From Octopus vulgaris (lineage: Eukaryota): a DNA stretch of 64,000 nucleotides. Position numbers and translations under genes: made by a program. Positions 25,044 to 38,030 of this stretch are shown here, in pieces; positions within the stretch are counted from its first letter, which is position 1; each line of letters begins with the position of its first letter. The notes below the pieces were generated by a model. That model ran no database searches. It was not told the origin of the DNA and was given only the letters and a program-made list of their open reading frames with translations. Location: contig OX597821.1 of the NCBI GenBank assembly GCA_951406725.2, positions 115,630,001-115,694,000 on the forward strand, in the 5' to 3' direction.

Positions 25044-26664
25044 TGGATTTCACAAGCGGTCCTCAACAATCCCGCATATAGAGAGATCCTGTTTGCCGCA
25101 GATTGTCCGCAGACGCAGGGACAGAATGACCAAGGAGCCGCCGGTTGCTGAAACAGACACTCCGGGGATTTTCACCACAGCCACGTCTGCCGGGCTGTGG
25201 CCCTAATACCACTCGGTGTCAGACCAATCTGCCTTGGGTGGCCCTACCAGGAACCGAAGTTCCCAACGGCATAGCTCTGATACTACCTGTTGGCATGGTC
25301 TATGCAACCATTTTCTCTTACAATGAGACCCTCCATACGGTCAATGAATGCCAGCAGTGAAATCTTTCTCAAATTACACCATGCAGTTTTGAAAAATTGC
25401 AAAACGGCACATTGGATAATCAAGTCTTTGCTAAACTGTATCTAAAAAAAGTATGAATGACCATAGTTATGTTTAATCCTTAAGTTTGCTTAATCAAGGT
25501 TGACCAGGGATAAGGATTCTTCAGATTTTTTTTAACTCACTAAAAAGCATTGAAGAAGGTTCTGTTGATGAGAATTTTTTTGCTTAAAGTGAAAAGGCTT
25601 AAGAGTTCATTGAATCATTACAAGACATAGTATGCAATGTCAAAGGGGATAAACCTCATGGAACCCCTCCCTCCTCCACTCTGCAGTCCTTTAACCCTTT
25701 AGCATTTAAGTTCGTCAAATGTAATGTTTATTCATCACCATCATCATCGTTTAACGTCCGTTTTCCATGCTAGCATGGGTTGGACAGTTCGACTGGGGTC
25801 TGGGAAGCCAGGAGGCTGCACCAGGTTCCAGTCTGATCTGGCAGTGTTTCTACAGCTGGATGCCCTTCCTAACGCCAACCACTCTGTGAGTGTAGTGGGT
25901 GTTTTTCACGTGCCACTGGCACAGGGGCCAAAGGAGACTGGCAAACGGCCACAATCAGTTGGTGCCATTACGTGTCACCGACACAGACGCCAGTCAGGCG
26001 GCGCTGGCATTTGCCACATTTGGACGGTGCTTTTCTTTTAACATGTCACTGGCACAGGTGTCTTAACTACTATTTCCATCCAATTTTCATTTGATGATGG
26101 TCTTAACGTACTTGACTCAATAGGTCTTCTCAAGAACAGCATTGTTTTAAATTGATAATACATTATTAGATTTAGAAGATGTGATTGTTTATTTTTAGAA
26201 TGACATTGTAAGGTAAATGTGAGAAGCTGGATCTGGCCAGTTGAAATGCTAAATGGTTATTAAGTACAGATGGAAATTGAAATAATAAGGATTAACTTTA
26301 GCATTTAAACTGGCCACATCCAGCCCAAATATTCTACCTTGCTTTATACTGAAACTGACCAGATCCATATATTCTACTTGCTTTATGTTTTAACTCAAAA
26401 TCTGGCCTCTTAACACCTGCCCTATTGTATATCATTCTAAAGATATACAATCACACCATTGAAATCTGAAAGCTATGAGAATGCATGATTAATTCAAAAC
26501 AATGGGAATTCATAAGCATATGTGACAGAATAATTTGAATGCTAAAGTGTTAAGCAAAACCATGGTTTTTTGGAAGTCTCTTATACTTTAGCAACTGTAC
26601 CAGATGATGTACTAGTTACATATAATTGTACTAAATAAGAAATTTACAAATAAGGAATACATAC

Positions 26665-26807
26665 CTTTGAAAAGCAGCTTTAGCTGTCTCTAAAATCTCA
26701 TCAAGCCAGGTGAAATGCTCTTCAAAGCTTTCCAAAGCTTCCTTAACGAATAAGTCACTTTGTTGCACTAAATCCAAGCCTAAATTATGGGGGGTTGCTG
26801 TATCCAT
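26665..26807 (-). CDS. INCENP: INCENP coding exon 1 (INCENP N-terminal survivin/borealin-binding helix); exon acceptor at 26859
   Basis: MDTATPHNLGLDLVQQSDLFVKEALESFEEHFTWLDEILETAKAAFQ resembles the INCENP_N motif (WL-E/D-EI); tttcag acceptor upstream, AG|gtatgt donor, phase 2. Confidence 0.85.
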
Positions 26808-27044
26808 ATTTTGTAAAATCAATTTGCAAAAGACAGTGGGGGGAGGGGGGGACTAAAACCTGAAAGAGAATTTTAAAAAATTAATGAGCATAAAATTGAT
26901 AAATTTGAACATTATACAAAGTCAATCAAGTAAAGAAAAATAAAAAATAACAATCACTAACTTTTATGATTAACATCTCAAATCAATATTTTCCCTACTT
27001 TAATTAATCATATTTATCTATATATCACAGGCATTTGTGTATAA

Positions 27045-27388
27045 AGGGTAAAGACCCCCTTCGGTCATGAATGACCATGGGATTGCACCTAGAAAGTTAC
27101 CTTCCTAGATACAAGTCCGGGCAAGGTTGTTTATGGAAGGCCAGCAGTCGCCCATGCATACCAGCCTCCCCTCTCCACGCCACCAGTGTTATCCAAGGGA
27201 AAGACAAAGGTCGATACAGCTTGGCACCAGTGACGTCGCAACTCATTTCTACAGCTCAGTGAACTGGAGCAACGTGAAATAAAGTGCCTTGCTCGAGAAC
27301 ACAACACGCAGCCCAGTCCGGGATTCGAGCTCACAACCTCACGATCGTAAGCTCGACGCTCTAACCACTGAGCCATGCGCCTTCACCA
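27045..27388 (-). mobile_element. tRNA-derived SINE family D; decayed relative at ~8033-8240(+)
   Basis: A box TGGCTCAGTGG, B box gctcgaatccc, then gtgttgtgttctcgagcaaggcactttatttcac core. Confidence 0.75.
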
Positions 27389-28559
27389 CTAATATCTTGT
27401 ATAAAAAGCATTGATATTTTTCCAGTATTATAATGCATGGAAAAAAGAGGAAAAAGTGAGAGAGAGAGAGAGAGATCCACTGATTCTTGACATTGTAGAA
27501 ATCTACAGTTTGTTGTTTGTATATGTTCCTTAGCAACTAGCTGATACCACCATGGTAGGGTTAGGGTTTTACAGGGTATCACAAAATTTCATTGTAAATG
27601 TTAATTTGTTGTTTTCTTTCATTAAGTATCTTTATCTTCAAAGGTTTTATATTGTTTTTATTAATTTCTCAAAAAGAATTTTTTTTTTTTGCCATGTACC
27701 ACTTGAAAACAAAAATACATGCCATGTTTTATACTATTGCAAAAGCACATTGACAATAGATGGATTTGATTGGCTAAAATTACAACAAATTTCATGCTTT
27801 AAAAGGTTCATAACATTTTTTTTTTTTTATTAATAGAATTTTCTATGGTCAGGAGCTCTTCTTGTTCTCAACCCCACCTGTTTCCAAGTTTATCAAACAA
27901 AAAACAGCCAGGACATAGTTACATGGAAAATTGGAAATGAATGACACTGAAATGGGCCTTTTGTTTACAAAGCTCACAAATGTCAAGAAGCTAGGATATG
28001 CTTTTGTAGTGGTCTACAGGCAAATGACACAATTGGCAGCACAAGGGCAACATGAAATCACCCCCACAAACAAAACAGGCTTTAGTTAGCTTACATCTAG
28101 AGGACACTTACTCAAGGTGTCACCCACTGAGACTAAACCTGAAAGTGATTAGGAAGAAAACTTCAGCCCTGCCTGCATCTGTATATATACATATACACAT
28201 TATACATACATATATCATTATCATCATCTGTTTTCTATGCTGGTATGTGTTGGATAGTTTCATAGGATTTGGCGAGCTACAGGGCAGCACTGAGCTCCAA
28301 GGTCAGCTTTGACATGGTTTCTACAGCTGGATACATTTTCTAATACCAACCACTTTACAGGGTCCACTGGGTGGCACTCAGCCAGCACCAGATCTGTTGT
28401 CAATGTAGCAAAACATTGACTGAAAAGAATGACAGGAGTTGCAATTAGCTGTCTTGTTGAATAAAAAACCCCACAAGAGATATTATCACCAGAAAAATAC
28501 CAGTCAATTTTCTTTTTGCGATGTCTACAGAGTAGAAGAGTCTTATGCCCTGCTCTCAA

Positions 28560-28990
28560 GAGTCATGCTGGCTGCCTTCCATGCCACCCATAACAAGATC
28601 ATAAAGCATGGCTAGATGTCACAAGCTTCCCTCCTCAGCTCAAGCCGACAGGGCTAGATTGAGGGGATTGTAAAAGGTTAGATGGTATGACAATTTTCCC
28701 ATTCCATGGCAGTAGGCTCCTCATCTGGGAAGCTACATGCCTTGCTGCTCATCTGGCTGAGAAAAGCAAACTGTCAAGGTATCAGTTGCTCTCCAGCAGG
28801 TTTATGGTCAAGCCTGTGGCAGTGGAGACTGCTGACGTTCTTGGACATTGGACCATATCCCTACTCACTGCTATCAGGGCAGAGATAGCTGACTGCAAGT
28901 GTGAGCCCCGTGAGTGAGTGGCTGTTCCAGTGAATCTCCCTTGCCATCCTCCAGGGCAACCTCTTTTCCACTTTGGCTGCTAGGGCCATG
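28560..28990 (+). mobile_element. CRE-like non-LTR retrotransposon remnant (restriction-like endonuclease)
   Basis: KRLDGMTIFPF..RLLIWEATC..AAHLAEKSK..RY..L..KPVAVET matches the RPDG...WD.T...AE..K..KY...P.AVET REL pattern. Confidence 0.65.
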
Positions 28991-31018
28991 AGAAATGTTT
29001 CTATATTGTGAGAGGCAGAATTTTTCAAAATTAAATCTGATTTTATTAAACTCTAGTCATTCTATCTCAATCTGTTTATTATCATTTCCTATCTTTCTAT
29101 TCGTCACACATTTCTACCTGTCTAATGTTCAGCTTACTGCCTGCTTCTTTATAACACTAATACTGGCAGCATGCAAAAAAAAAAATTGCACCTTGTACTC
29201 TGTAAAGCAGTTGGTGATACAAAAGACACACAACAGTACAGCAGATGCTAAAATTGGAATGTACAAGAAACAGACTTCCTAGGCTGCATTGAAAAGTACT
29301 AATCTAGGAACAATAAATCCAAATAAACACCGATACAGGGTAGGGGGGGGTACTCTTTAATCTTGCCTGTTTTATGGAACAATCTCCAGTGCTGATGACA
29401 CATCATCATTTAATTTTCCATTTAACGTCCGCTTTCCATGCTTGCATGGGTTGGATGATTTGACTGAAGTCTGGCGAACCAGACTCCAATCTGATCTGGC
29501 AGAGTTTCAACAGCTGGATGCCCTTCCTAACGCCAACCACTCCGTGAGTGTAGTGGGTGCTTTTACGTGCCACCGGCATGAGGGCCAGTTTGGTGGTACT
29601 GGCATCGGCCATGCCTAAATGGTGCTTTTTATGTGCCACCTGCACAGGAGCCAGTCCAGCGGCACTGGCGATGACCTCGCTTGAATATTTCACATGCCAC
29701 CAGCACAAGTGCTAGTAAGGCGACAGAATAAATAATAAAGTTAACAGGCTTTCTCTGGTACCATGTAGGCAAGCTGATGCAGATGCTGATAACCCATCTA
29801 ACCAAGCAAGCGTTAGTAGAATGGGTTACCTTTATGATTACTGTCTATGAGTCAACCTCTAAGTGGTCACATAACCAGCCAGAATTAGCCGTCAAATCTC
29901 CCTCAATTCACACATGTTCTTGGATACATACAAGGATGGCCACAAGTGGAAAGTGCTTGATAAATGGCTGCTTTGTCCTATTGACCCAGGGATTGAACTG
30001 AAAATCACAACACATATTCACTATTACGTTGTCCTGTAAAACAATTAGGTACTTCAAATTAGGAGGCTTAGCTATTTTAATTAAGGGAGTTCCATACTCA
30101 GCCTACTGAGAAAGTTAACAAATTGCCAATTCTTTTGGTAATCTCAACTTCCAGTCATCCTCATCATTTAATGTTTTCCATGCTGGCATAGATCAGACAG
30201 TTTGACAGGAAGCTGGCCAGCTGAAGAGTTGCCTGAGCTCCATGTGTTTCGACATGGTTTCTATAGCTGGATGCCCTTCCTAAATGTCTACCACTTTTCA
30301 GAGTGTACTGGGTGTTTTTACATGGCACTGCAAGATTAAGATCACTTGGCTGAAGAAGGATGAAGGGACATGCCTGTATGCAAGGACAGCCGTAATTTTA
30401 CCAAGCTAGATGTGCGTCTTCTCAACACAAATGATTTTCCTACACTGTTGTTCAATAATACTAAAACTGTTTCCAGTAAAGTTTAGCGCTGAAAATATGG
30501 GTCTTCAAACTTGAATTAAAACTACTGTGGGGGCATAATTTTGCCAGATCTTTAAAAAAATACCTCTGGTTAATGGAAGTGTACATTTTACTTGACTAAG
30601 AGCTTCTAGTATAGTCAAACACCTTTCTTTGGCATTTTTATTTCTATAAGAGTTACTTTTTGTGGCAACTTGTACATTCTGTTAAGAATTTAATCAACAA
30701 ACCAATATCATTAAGTTATCTTTTCAGACCATTGTTATCACAGTCTGTTAAGACTCTTGGAATGCAAGACTGATCTTTGGTGCAGTTCATACAGAACTTT
30801 AATTTGTCAGAAAAAAAAAATTCAATCTTTCTAATTATAGCACAATAAGTGTTGCTACTTAAAAGACAAAAAAACTAAAAAAACTAGGGGCCTGACATTT
30901 CCTTTTTTATCTTTGCTGTGAGTCTTATATCAAACTTTAATTTGGTTGGGTCACTTACATTAAAATAAGACTCAAGCTCTTCCTAATTCATCAAAATATT
31001 AAACACTACCATGCTTAA

Positions 31019-31237
31019 CCCTTTAGTGTTCAGATTATTCTATCAAACATAATGCCTATTGATTCCCATTGATTTGAATTAATCATGCATTATCTCATAT
31101 CTTCAAGATCTTGATGGTGTAATTACTTAATGTAGAATAACATTGTAGGGTAGGTGTGAGAGCCTGGATCTGGTCAGTTTGAACATAAAACAGATTAAAT
31201 ATTTTGGCCGGATATGGCCGGTTTAAATACTAAAGGG
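31019..31237. mobile_element. piggyBac-like MITE (related decayed copies at ~25695-26258 and ~26295-26550)
   Basis: TTAA|CCCTTTAG ... CTAAAGGG|TTAA. Confidence 0.78.
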
Positions 31238-32645
31238 TTAAGCCACCAATTAGATGAAGGTTTTTCAAAAGGGAAAGGAGCAGTGTATGTGGCTTCAAAT
31301 TCTGTAACTGTATTCATTACTTTAAACAGTTCGTTATATATCTTTCTCATTTCAGTATAGTTAAACTAGTGGGAAACTTCAGAGAACTGAAATTCTATGT
31401 TGATGGCAACTTTGACACAGCATGTTGATTACAGTGCTAGTGAATTTGAGCTGCACATAGAAGGGAGACATCTTTTAGCCTAGAGCACATAGAACTGTTG
31501 TATCTTCCAATGTTTGAAGCATCATATCTCTTTCTCTTTCTCTTTTACTTGTTTCAGTCATTTGACTGCGGCCATGCTGGAGCACCGCCTTTAGTCGAGC
31601 AAATCGACCCCGGGACTTATTCTTTGTAAGCCCAGTACTTATTCTATCGGTCTCTTTTTGCCGAACCGCTAAGTTACGGGGACATAAACACACCAGCATC
31701 GGTTGTCAAGCAATGCTAGGGGGACAAACACAGACACACACACACATATATATACGACGGACTTCTTTCAGTTTCCGTCTACCAAATCCACTCACAAGGC
31801 TTTGGTCAGCCCGAGGCTATAGTAGAAGACACTTGCCCAAGGTACCACGCAGTGGGACCGAACCCGGAACCATGAGGTTGGTTAGCAAGCTACTTACCAC
31901 ACAGCCACTCCTGCGCCTATATGATGAAAAAGCCAACAAAATTTGTCTTTTTTTTAATTCTTTTTTATTTGTTTCAGCCATGCTGGAGCACCACCTTTAG
32001 TCGAGCAAATCGACCCCAGGACTTATTCTTTGTAAGCCTAGTACTTATTCTATAGGTCTCTCTTGCCGAACCGCCAAGTGACGGGGACGTAAACACACCC
32101 ACATATATACGACGGGCTTCTTTCAGTTTCCGTCTACCAAATCCACTCACAAGGCTTTGGTTGGCCTGAACCCAGAACCATGTGGGTCGTATGCAAGCTA
32201 CTTACCACACAGCCACTCCTACGCCTTAACAGATGGTTGAAATGCCATGGATCACAAGCACTTTAGGTTTCAGGCCAATACACCCTCCCCTACCATAAAC
32301 AATAACACTAACCACCAATACTACTACCATTGTATTATATCTTTGTGTTCCAACAATGAATATTCAGTTGTTTGATCAACTGTAGGACTTGTTTCCTGAA
32401 TAAATATGTAAATGGTTTTGTCATCTATCCATAATTTCTCGGATGGAATCAATGAGACACGAAACCCAATCTTTAAATTACAGCTACCACCATCTGACAA
32501 GCTTCCCGCAATTTCTGTCAACGCAAAGCTGTAGTAAGAGATACATCACAGTAGAATTGAGCTCAAAACCTCATGATTGCGAAATGAACTTTTTAAGTAT
32601 TCATCCCTGCTGTGTTTATACTCTGATCACCAGTACCAACACCAA

Positions 32646-33020
32646 GTGGAGGTGCAATGGCCCAATGGTTAGGGTAGCGAACTCGCAGTCGGAGGATCAT
32701 GGTTTCGATTCCCAGACCGGGCATTGTGTGTGTTTATTGAGCGAAAACACCTAAAGCTCCACGAGGTCCGGCAGGGGGTGGTGGCGACCCCTGTTGTACT
32801 CTTTCACCACAACTTTCTCTCACTCTTTCTTCCTGCTTCTTGTCCCCGACTTCCTACGCATCCGCTGAGCCTGGATGCGCATTCATCCATCCGTCGATGC
32901 TCTCGATGTCGGGGGTTGACCTGCTTTCTCTTCTGTGAGTCTTACGAATAGCAAAGGACTACGTTTCGGACTTCTCCCATCTTGCAAGCTCTGGGACGAA
33001 GACCGTTCGCTCAACAGCAA
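32646..33020 (+). mobile_element. tRNA-derived SINE family C; related copies ~39430-39674(-), 49309-49570(+)
   Basis: gtggaggtgcaatggcccaatggttaggg head, gtttcgattccc B box, shared body gtgtttattgagcgaaaacacctaaagctccacgagg. Confidence 0.7.
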
Positions 33021-35519
33021 CAGTACCAACACCACCAATACTAAAACTGGTATTCCTTCGGTTGAACCTGCATTTACATCAAACTTGATCATATGATTGT
33101 TCGTTAATTCCTGTAAAAATTTATACAACCAACTCCCTGAATAATGGACACCAACATTAAAAATAGGTATAAAGATAGCAGTGTCAAACATCAGTGTATC
33201 GTCGGCTATGATGAGAGTCAAATGTTAAATTTATAGCTACACATATATCAGATTATGGTGTAAACGGTACAACACAATGGAAATGGGGCTTTGATATGTG
33301 GAAGTGACGGGAGTTTTCTGTTTTATGGTTTAGTCAGACGAAATGGGGGAGCTGCTGTCTGAAAGGATATTTTTATGTGCTACATGACGGTAAGATGATT
33401 TAAAAATGAAAAGCCTAATTGAAATTCTATAAGCACCCGAGTGAAAAAAGAAAAAACAAGTGAAAAGCCAACAATGTCAAACAGATAACTAACCAAATGT
33501 TGAAAGAAAAAAAAAAGTATTCCGAAATTTGGCGCAAAAAGAAAGCTAATCCGGCAACTCCAAAATAATACATTGCCTACTTTTTTTAATGCGCCAATGC
33601 AAGCACTACACTGGATATTTAAGACATTTAAAATTCTATCGAATAACAGCGACGAATCAAATATAGGCGGGGTGGGGTAAATATAAATAGTAAAAGCACT
33701 TCTTCCCATGATATGCGAAAAGTTAAAGGCTTTGTGTTTCGGAACACACCTCCCTCACCTAAGAGTTAAGAAAGATTTCCACCCGCGGAAAAAAAATTTC
33801 CGCAACAAATCCCTATATAATCGAAATCGGCAATCTTTCGTTTGTAGTAGACCTTTCCGTCGAGACGAAAGATCGCCTCGAAATCTACAGCATCTGAAAT
33901 GTATTTGCAGATATATTTCATCAAAAAATATCTATTTTTCTGAAAGTTGAGGAAACACAGTCGAGGGCCCACTTGTGTAGGTATGCCCGTTTTTGTTTCT
34001 ACTTTTAATTCAGGGAAGAAGGAACTCGGTGGTGCCGTTAACTGATGAATTTGAATTGTTGCAAGGCTTTCACTAATTCATAATTATCAGACTTACAAGT
34101 TTTGATAACCATCATGCTCATGAACACACAACTATAACCCCTAAAGAATTTTATTTCGGAACGAATATTTAGCATTGAGCTACGAGGTTAAAATGTTAAT
34201 AAAGTGATTCACTTTTTTTTATCTAATAGGTAACAATAATGGAGGGCCCAGTTTTCATAATTTCGTAAGCGTATCCCTAAAAGTAAATAAATGCATCTAT
34301 CTGGTTGGTGTATTCTATACAAATATTTCAATACGTTAAAATAGAGGAATCGCGCACAAATTCAAAAACAAGGTTAATAAATCTAGTTTTGGTTTATTTG
34401 TGCAGACAATAATTCAGTTTAAAAGAATATAATTTACTTATACAGCTGTATATTCCATAAAACGAATGTTTTTTGCAGCTACCGATATACCAAGGAAAAA
34501 TCCATTATTAATTGCTATCAAAATGATAAAAAATTAGTGTCAAATTTTGTGCAGAAAAAAAACAACAAAATCTCTTCCGTATTTGGGTCAATTTTAAAGA
34601 TGGCAAGGATTTCGTTCGTTTTCAAATGTACGCGGTAGCACAATGCATGGTCTGACCTAAAAGCGAAGAAATAATAACCTCATGCTGCCTGGAAACTAAT
34701 TCCGTCAGGAAGATATTAGCTGAAATGCTTATTTCTTTCTTAAAGGACGCAACATTTAGCAAAAGAAATTCAGCCTAACTCATCGTACGTAGGAAATGTG
34801 AATCGCAGCAGTTGTTCATTCGAGATGCTAAAAGCTGAAATCAAATCGATTATGCAGAATCGAAATATTATGGTCGAACGGTAATTCATGTTTATATAGT
34901 TTACAAATAATGTAGACCAGAATAATATCCACGAACGGACTGAGTTGTGGAGGAGCAGGACTGTTCGTGTTACGTTCAACGAAGTTATGGCGGTGAGCGA
35001 ACGGGTGACAGGTTTGTTTTGAATTTTGAAAAAAAAATACGATTAACAGTTAAGGAAGAAACGATGAAATTCGGAAAATGAACCCATTATCAATATTAGA
35101 AATTCTTCAGATATCCCATATTATTAATTAAAATATTTAACGGTTAACTTGACATAATTCCATTCCCTTCAGCTTTTTCCATCTGTTGTTGGCTTATTAT
35201 CTCATCGTAGGTCTGTCTCTCTACTCGGCCAAAACATTTTGAACTATTTTATTAAAATAAAGAGAAATAAATCTTTCTCTAATAAATAAGAGAAAATAAA
35301 AACAAACCCCTTTCTTATTTCTCTGTCTTTGTTATCGGCAAAAACAAAGATAAAGAAAGATTGTAATGCAACACCTATTAATAAAACACAAATGTCAGAA
35401 GAACACATATTAAAACGTTAAAATAACATGAATTAGATGAAGGAAATAAGCTGATGGGATAAGCCTAATAAGATAGAAGGAAATAATTTACCTTTATATG
35501 CGAGCCATGACAAGACGTA

Positions 35520-35569
35520 TTTAAAGGAGAAGGAAATTTAAATTTTCCGCCTTGCCTCGGTTGACCAAT
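35520..35569 (-). promoter_or_regulatory. Putative INCENP cell-cycle promoter: CCAAT box + CDE/CHR tandem
   Basis: Minus strand reads ATTGG (35565-69) ... GGCGG (35551-47) AAAA TTTAAA (35542-37); second TTTAAA at 35520-25; AAG|gtaaat donor at 35492 just downstream. Confidence 0.65.
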
Positions 35570-35947
35570 CAAAACGGTCACAGCGGAATTCTTGCAGAGC
35601 TAGCTTTCATATCGGCAGATTCGTACATCTTTCATTTTACTCATTATCTCACTTCTTTCCTTTATCTTTCTGTTACGCCCTTTTTCTCGCTCAATATATT
35701 CTAACCATTTTCTTTCCGGCAATCCTTCGGAGATAGTTTCAGAAAAGATCCAAGTTAAACTAATTTGTTCAGCAATTTCCATATAAAATGGTACCTACAT
35801 GAAATAAAATAACACTCCATAAAATAAATATATCAAATTTCTGAGGAAAATGATGACTGTAGTAGCCCGAAGACCTATTATTTGATAATTATTTTTCTAT
35901 AACATGTTTTTTTATTACCCTCAGCTCAATATTGTTTAATGTTTTAA

Positions 35948-36169
35948 GAACAGTGATCCCGGTGAGCGCTCTCGCGCACTTGGTTTAAAAAAATTATTTA
36001 CTTTGTGTTTTATTTACTTTGTTTAACAAAAATTATTTACTTTTTGTAAAAAAAATTATTTTGTGTTTTACTTACTTTGCTAGGTAGTCGTTGTAGGATC
36101 GACTAGTCACGACTAGCTAGCGCGAGTTCGCGAGAGCGCGCACCGGGACCACTGTTCGCTCGTAGTACC
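35948..36169. mobile_element. Second copy of the same Merlin-like MITE, inverted, one end eroded
   Basis: Ends ...caccgggaccactgttcgctcgtagtacc; internal ctaggtagtcgttgtaggatcg is the reverse complement of the 46.6 kb copy. Confidence 0.8.
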
Positions 36170-36480
36170 AAACTTTTATTTCTTTAATGTTTATTTTTTT
36201 GTAGCTAAATTGAAAAAAAAACACGGTCACGCGCACTCATACAATTGTCTTTCATTTGCACGAGCGACAGTGAAAACGCGCCAACATACACTCGCACACA
36301 CATACATATACATGTTTTCACGAATTGCTTATATTTATTTATTTTTTGTGTATGTAAAGATAAATTAGAGATATACTATTGACAATCCAATAATTTATTT
36401 ACACAACATAATATTATATAACATATATAATTATAAAAACCAACAAATTGTTTGGACTTATATATATTTTTCAGACAGAA

Positions 36481-36893
36481 GGCAGCGAGCTGGCAGAAAC
36501 GTTAGCACGCCGGGCGAAGTGCTTAGCAGTATTTCGTCTGTTGTTACGTTCTGAGTTCAAATTCTGCTGGGGTCGACTTTGCCTTTCATCCTTTCAGGGT
36601 CGATTAAATAAGTACCAGTTACGCACTGAGATCGGTATAATCGACTTAATCCGTTTGTCTGTCCTTGTTTGTCCCCTCTGTGTTTAGCCCCTTGTGGGTA
36701 GTAAAGAAATAGGTATTTCGTCTGTTGTTACGTTCTGAATTCAAATTCCGCCGAGGTTGACTTTGCCTTTCAACCTTTTCGAGGTCGATAAATAAAGTAC
36801 TAGATTCGCACTGGGGTCGATGTAATCGACTTAATCCCTTTGTCTGTCCTTGTTTGTCCCTTCTATGTTTAGCCCCTTGTGGGTAATAAAGAA
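36481..36893 (+). mobile_element. tRNA-derived SINE family A (Meta/MESC-like core), here with a duplicated body; other copies ~1-112(-), 11540-11748(-), 24066-24257, 38771-39030, 45344-45578, 53201-53435
   Basis: ggcggcgagctggcagaa head, gagttcaaattcc B box, core gtcgactttgcctttcatcctttcggggtcgataaa; ~18-bp TSD atatatatttttc(a/t)gaca. Confidence 0.8.
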
Positions 36894-37254
36894 ATATATA
36901 TTTTTCTGACATACATAATCACAGTTGCTTTAGTCACTTCAGGGCCATGGTTTAGAAAAAGACGAAATGACTTTATATAGAGAGGAACTGTAATTATGTA
37001 TATCAGAAAAAATATAAGTCGAAATAATTTGTTGGTTTTTATGGTTTTTATAATTGTTAATGTTATATAATATTGTTACATTATATTCGTAGTATTTAAT
37101 GTAATATAGATAAATTATTGGATTGTCAATATTTAATTTATCTTTATAATTGAATGATACCAATATTCATATGGTACCCAACTGACGTACTTTTGAATTG
37201 GATGTTTAACACACCCCTTTGAAGGATTTATTTTCTTCGGCTTGTTACTCTTTG

Positions 37255-38030
37255 TGTATGTATGTATGTCATTGTTCAGTTTTCAAGATTTCTTGCCAAT
37301 AGAGAAAGAGCCAGTGGTCCTTTCCGGTTATCTCACCCCAAGTAAAAAAAACGGAGTTATCTCCTCCCACGTCTTATGAGAAATATCGGTACTTTTGGTT
37401 ATCTCCCTCAACTAAAAAATTGCTAAAGCCTCAATAAAACAAAAAAAAAAAGTGAGAAGATGAAACATCTTATTGAATCTGATATTTTTATAACAAATCA
37501 CACCATTCCTATTGACGAGGCCAAAAGTCAACAATGTGTTGAAGTATTGAGTCACAAGGATCTCTTTTAATCCAAACTCTTGTCACATAAACTCATTTTT
37601 TTAGTGAGGAGATAAGCCAGTTTTTTAATAGCAATATTTTAATGGGGGTGAGATAGCCAAAAATGACAGAGGCCAGTTTCTAACCTAGACCCAAGGCTCC
37701 TTTATTGGAATTTCAACATCAACAACAGAGTATTTATGTATGTATGTACATGTGCAGATTTGTATGCTTTGTTTCATGCATTTATTCTTATGCATATCTA
37801 GACATTCTCATATTTAAATGATAAACTTCTGGAATGTTTTACAGATTTTTACAGTTCCAGTGATGAATTGGATCTGTAGTCTTCAAATTAGCTTTCTCTT
37901 TTCTGGTTTTGAGCAGCTTAATTTCTCAAGATTGGTATTTAGGCAGTGTGTTACATATCCTAGCCGTTATTGTTTCATACTTATTGTATACATAGTTGAT
38001 GTGGTGTCTGTAGAAGATAACAGCTGTTAT
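37255..38030 (-). mobile_element. 3' end of an R4/Dong-like REL non-LTR element with (TACA)n tail, split by a MITE
   Basis: Terminal LQIQFITGTVKICKTFQKFII* pattern; gtatgtatgt tail; sequence resumes on both sides of 37316-37668. Confidence 0.45.
37316..37668. mobile_element. MITE with ~25-bp TIRs and ~9-bp imperfect TSD
   Basis: ggtcctttccggttatctcacccca / tgggggtgagatagccaaaaatgaca; flanks agagccagt and gaggccagt. Confidence 0.65.

Noticed and set aside
24516-25206. 211-aa and 128-aa ORFs
   Set aside because: Antisense read-through of a SINE and microsatellite; the same peptides recur at every SINE copy
27310-27388. Possible tRNA gene (also 32646-32720, 49309-49385)
   Set aside because: A/B boxes are present, but there is no clean cloverleaf and each continues into a SINE body
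32945-33020. Hammerhead-like gtccGAAACgtaGTC on minus strand
   Set aside because: No correctly placed CTGANGA box or stem II partner
34987-34998. ATGGCG|gtgagc as a distant plus-strand first exon for ACBP
   Set aside because: A better-placed MSA|gtaagt exon exists at 47260; no other support
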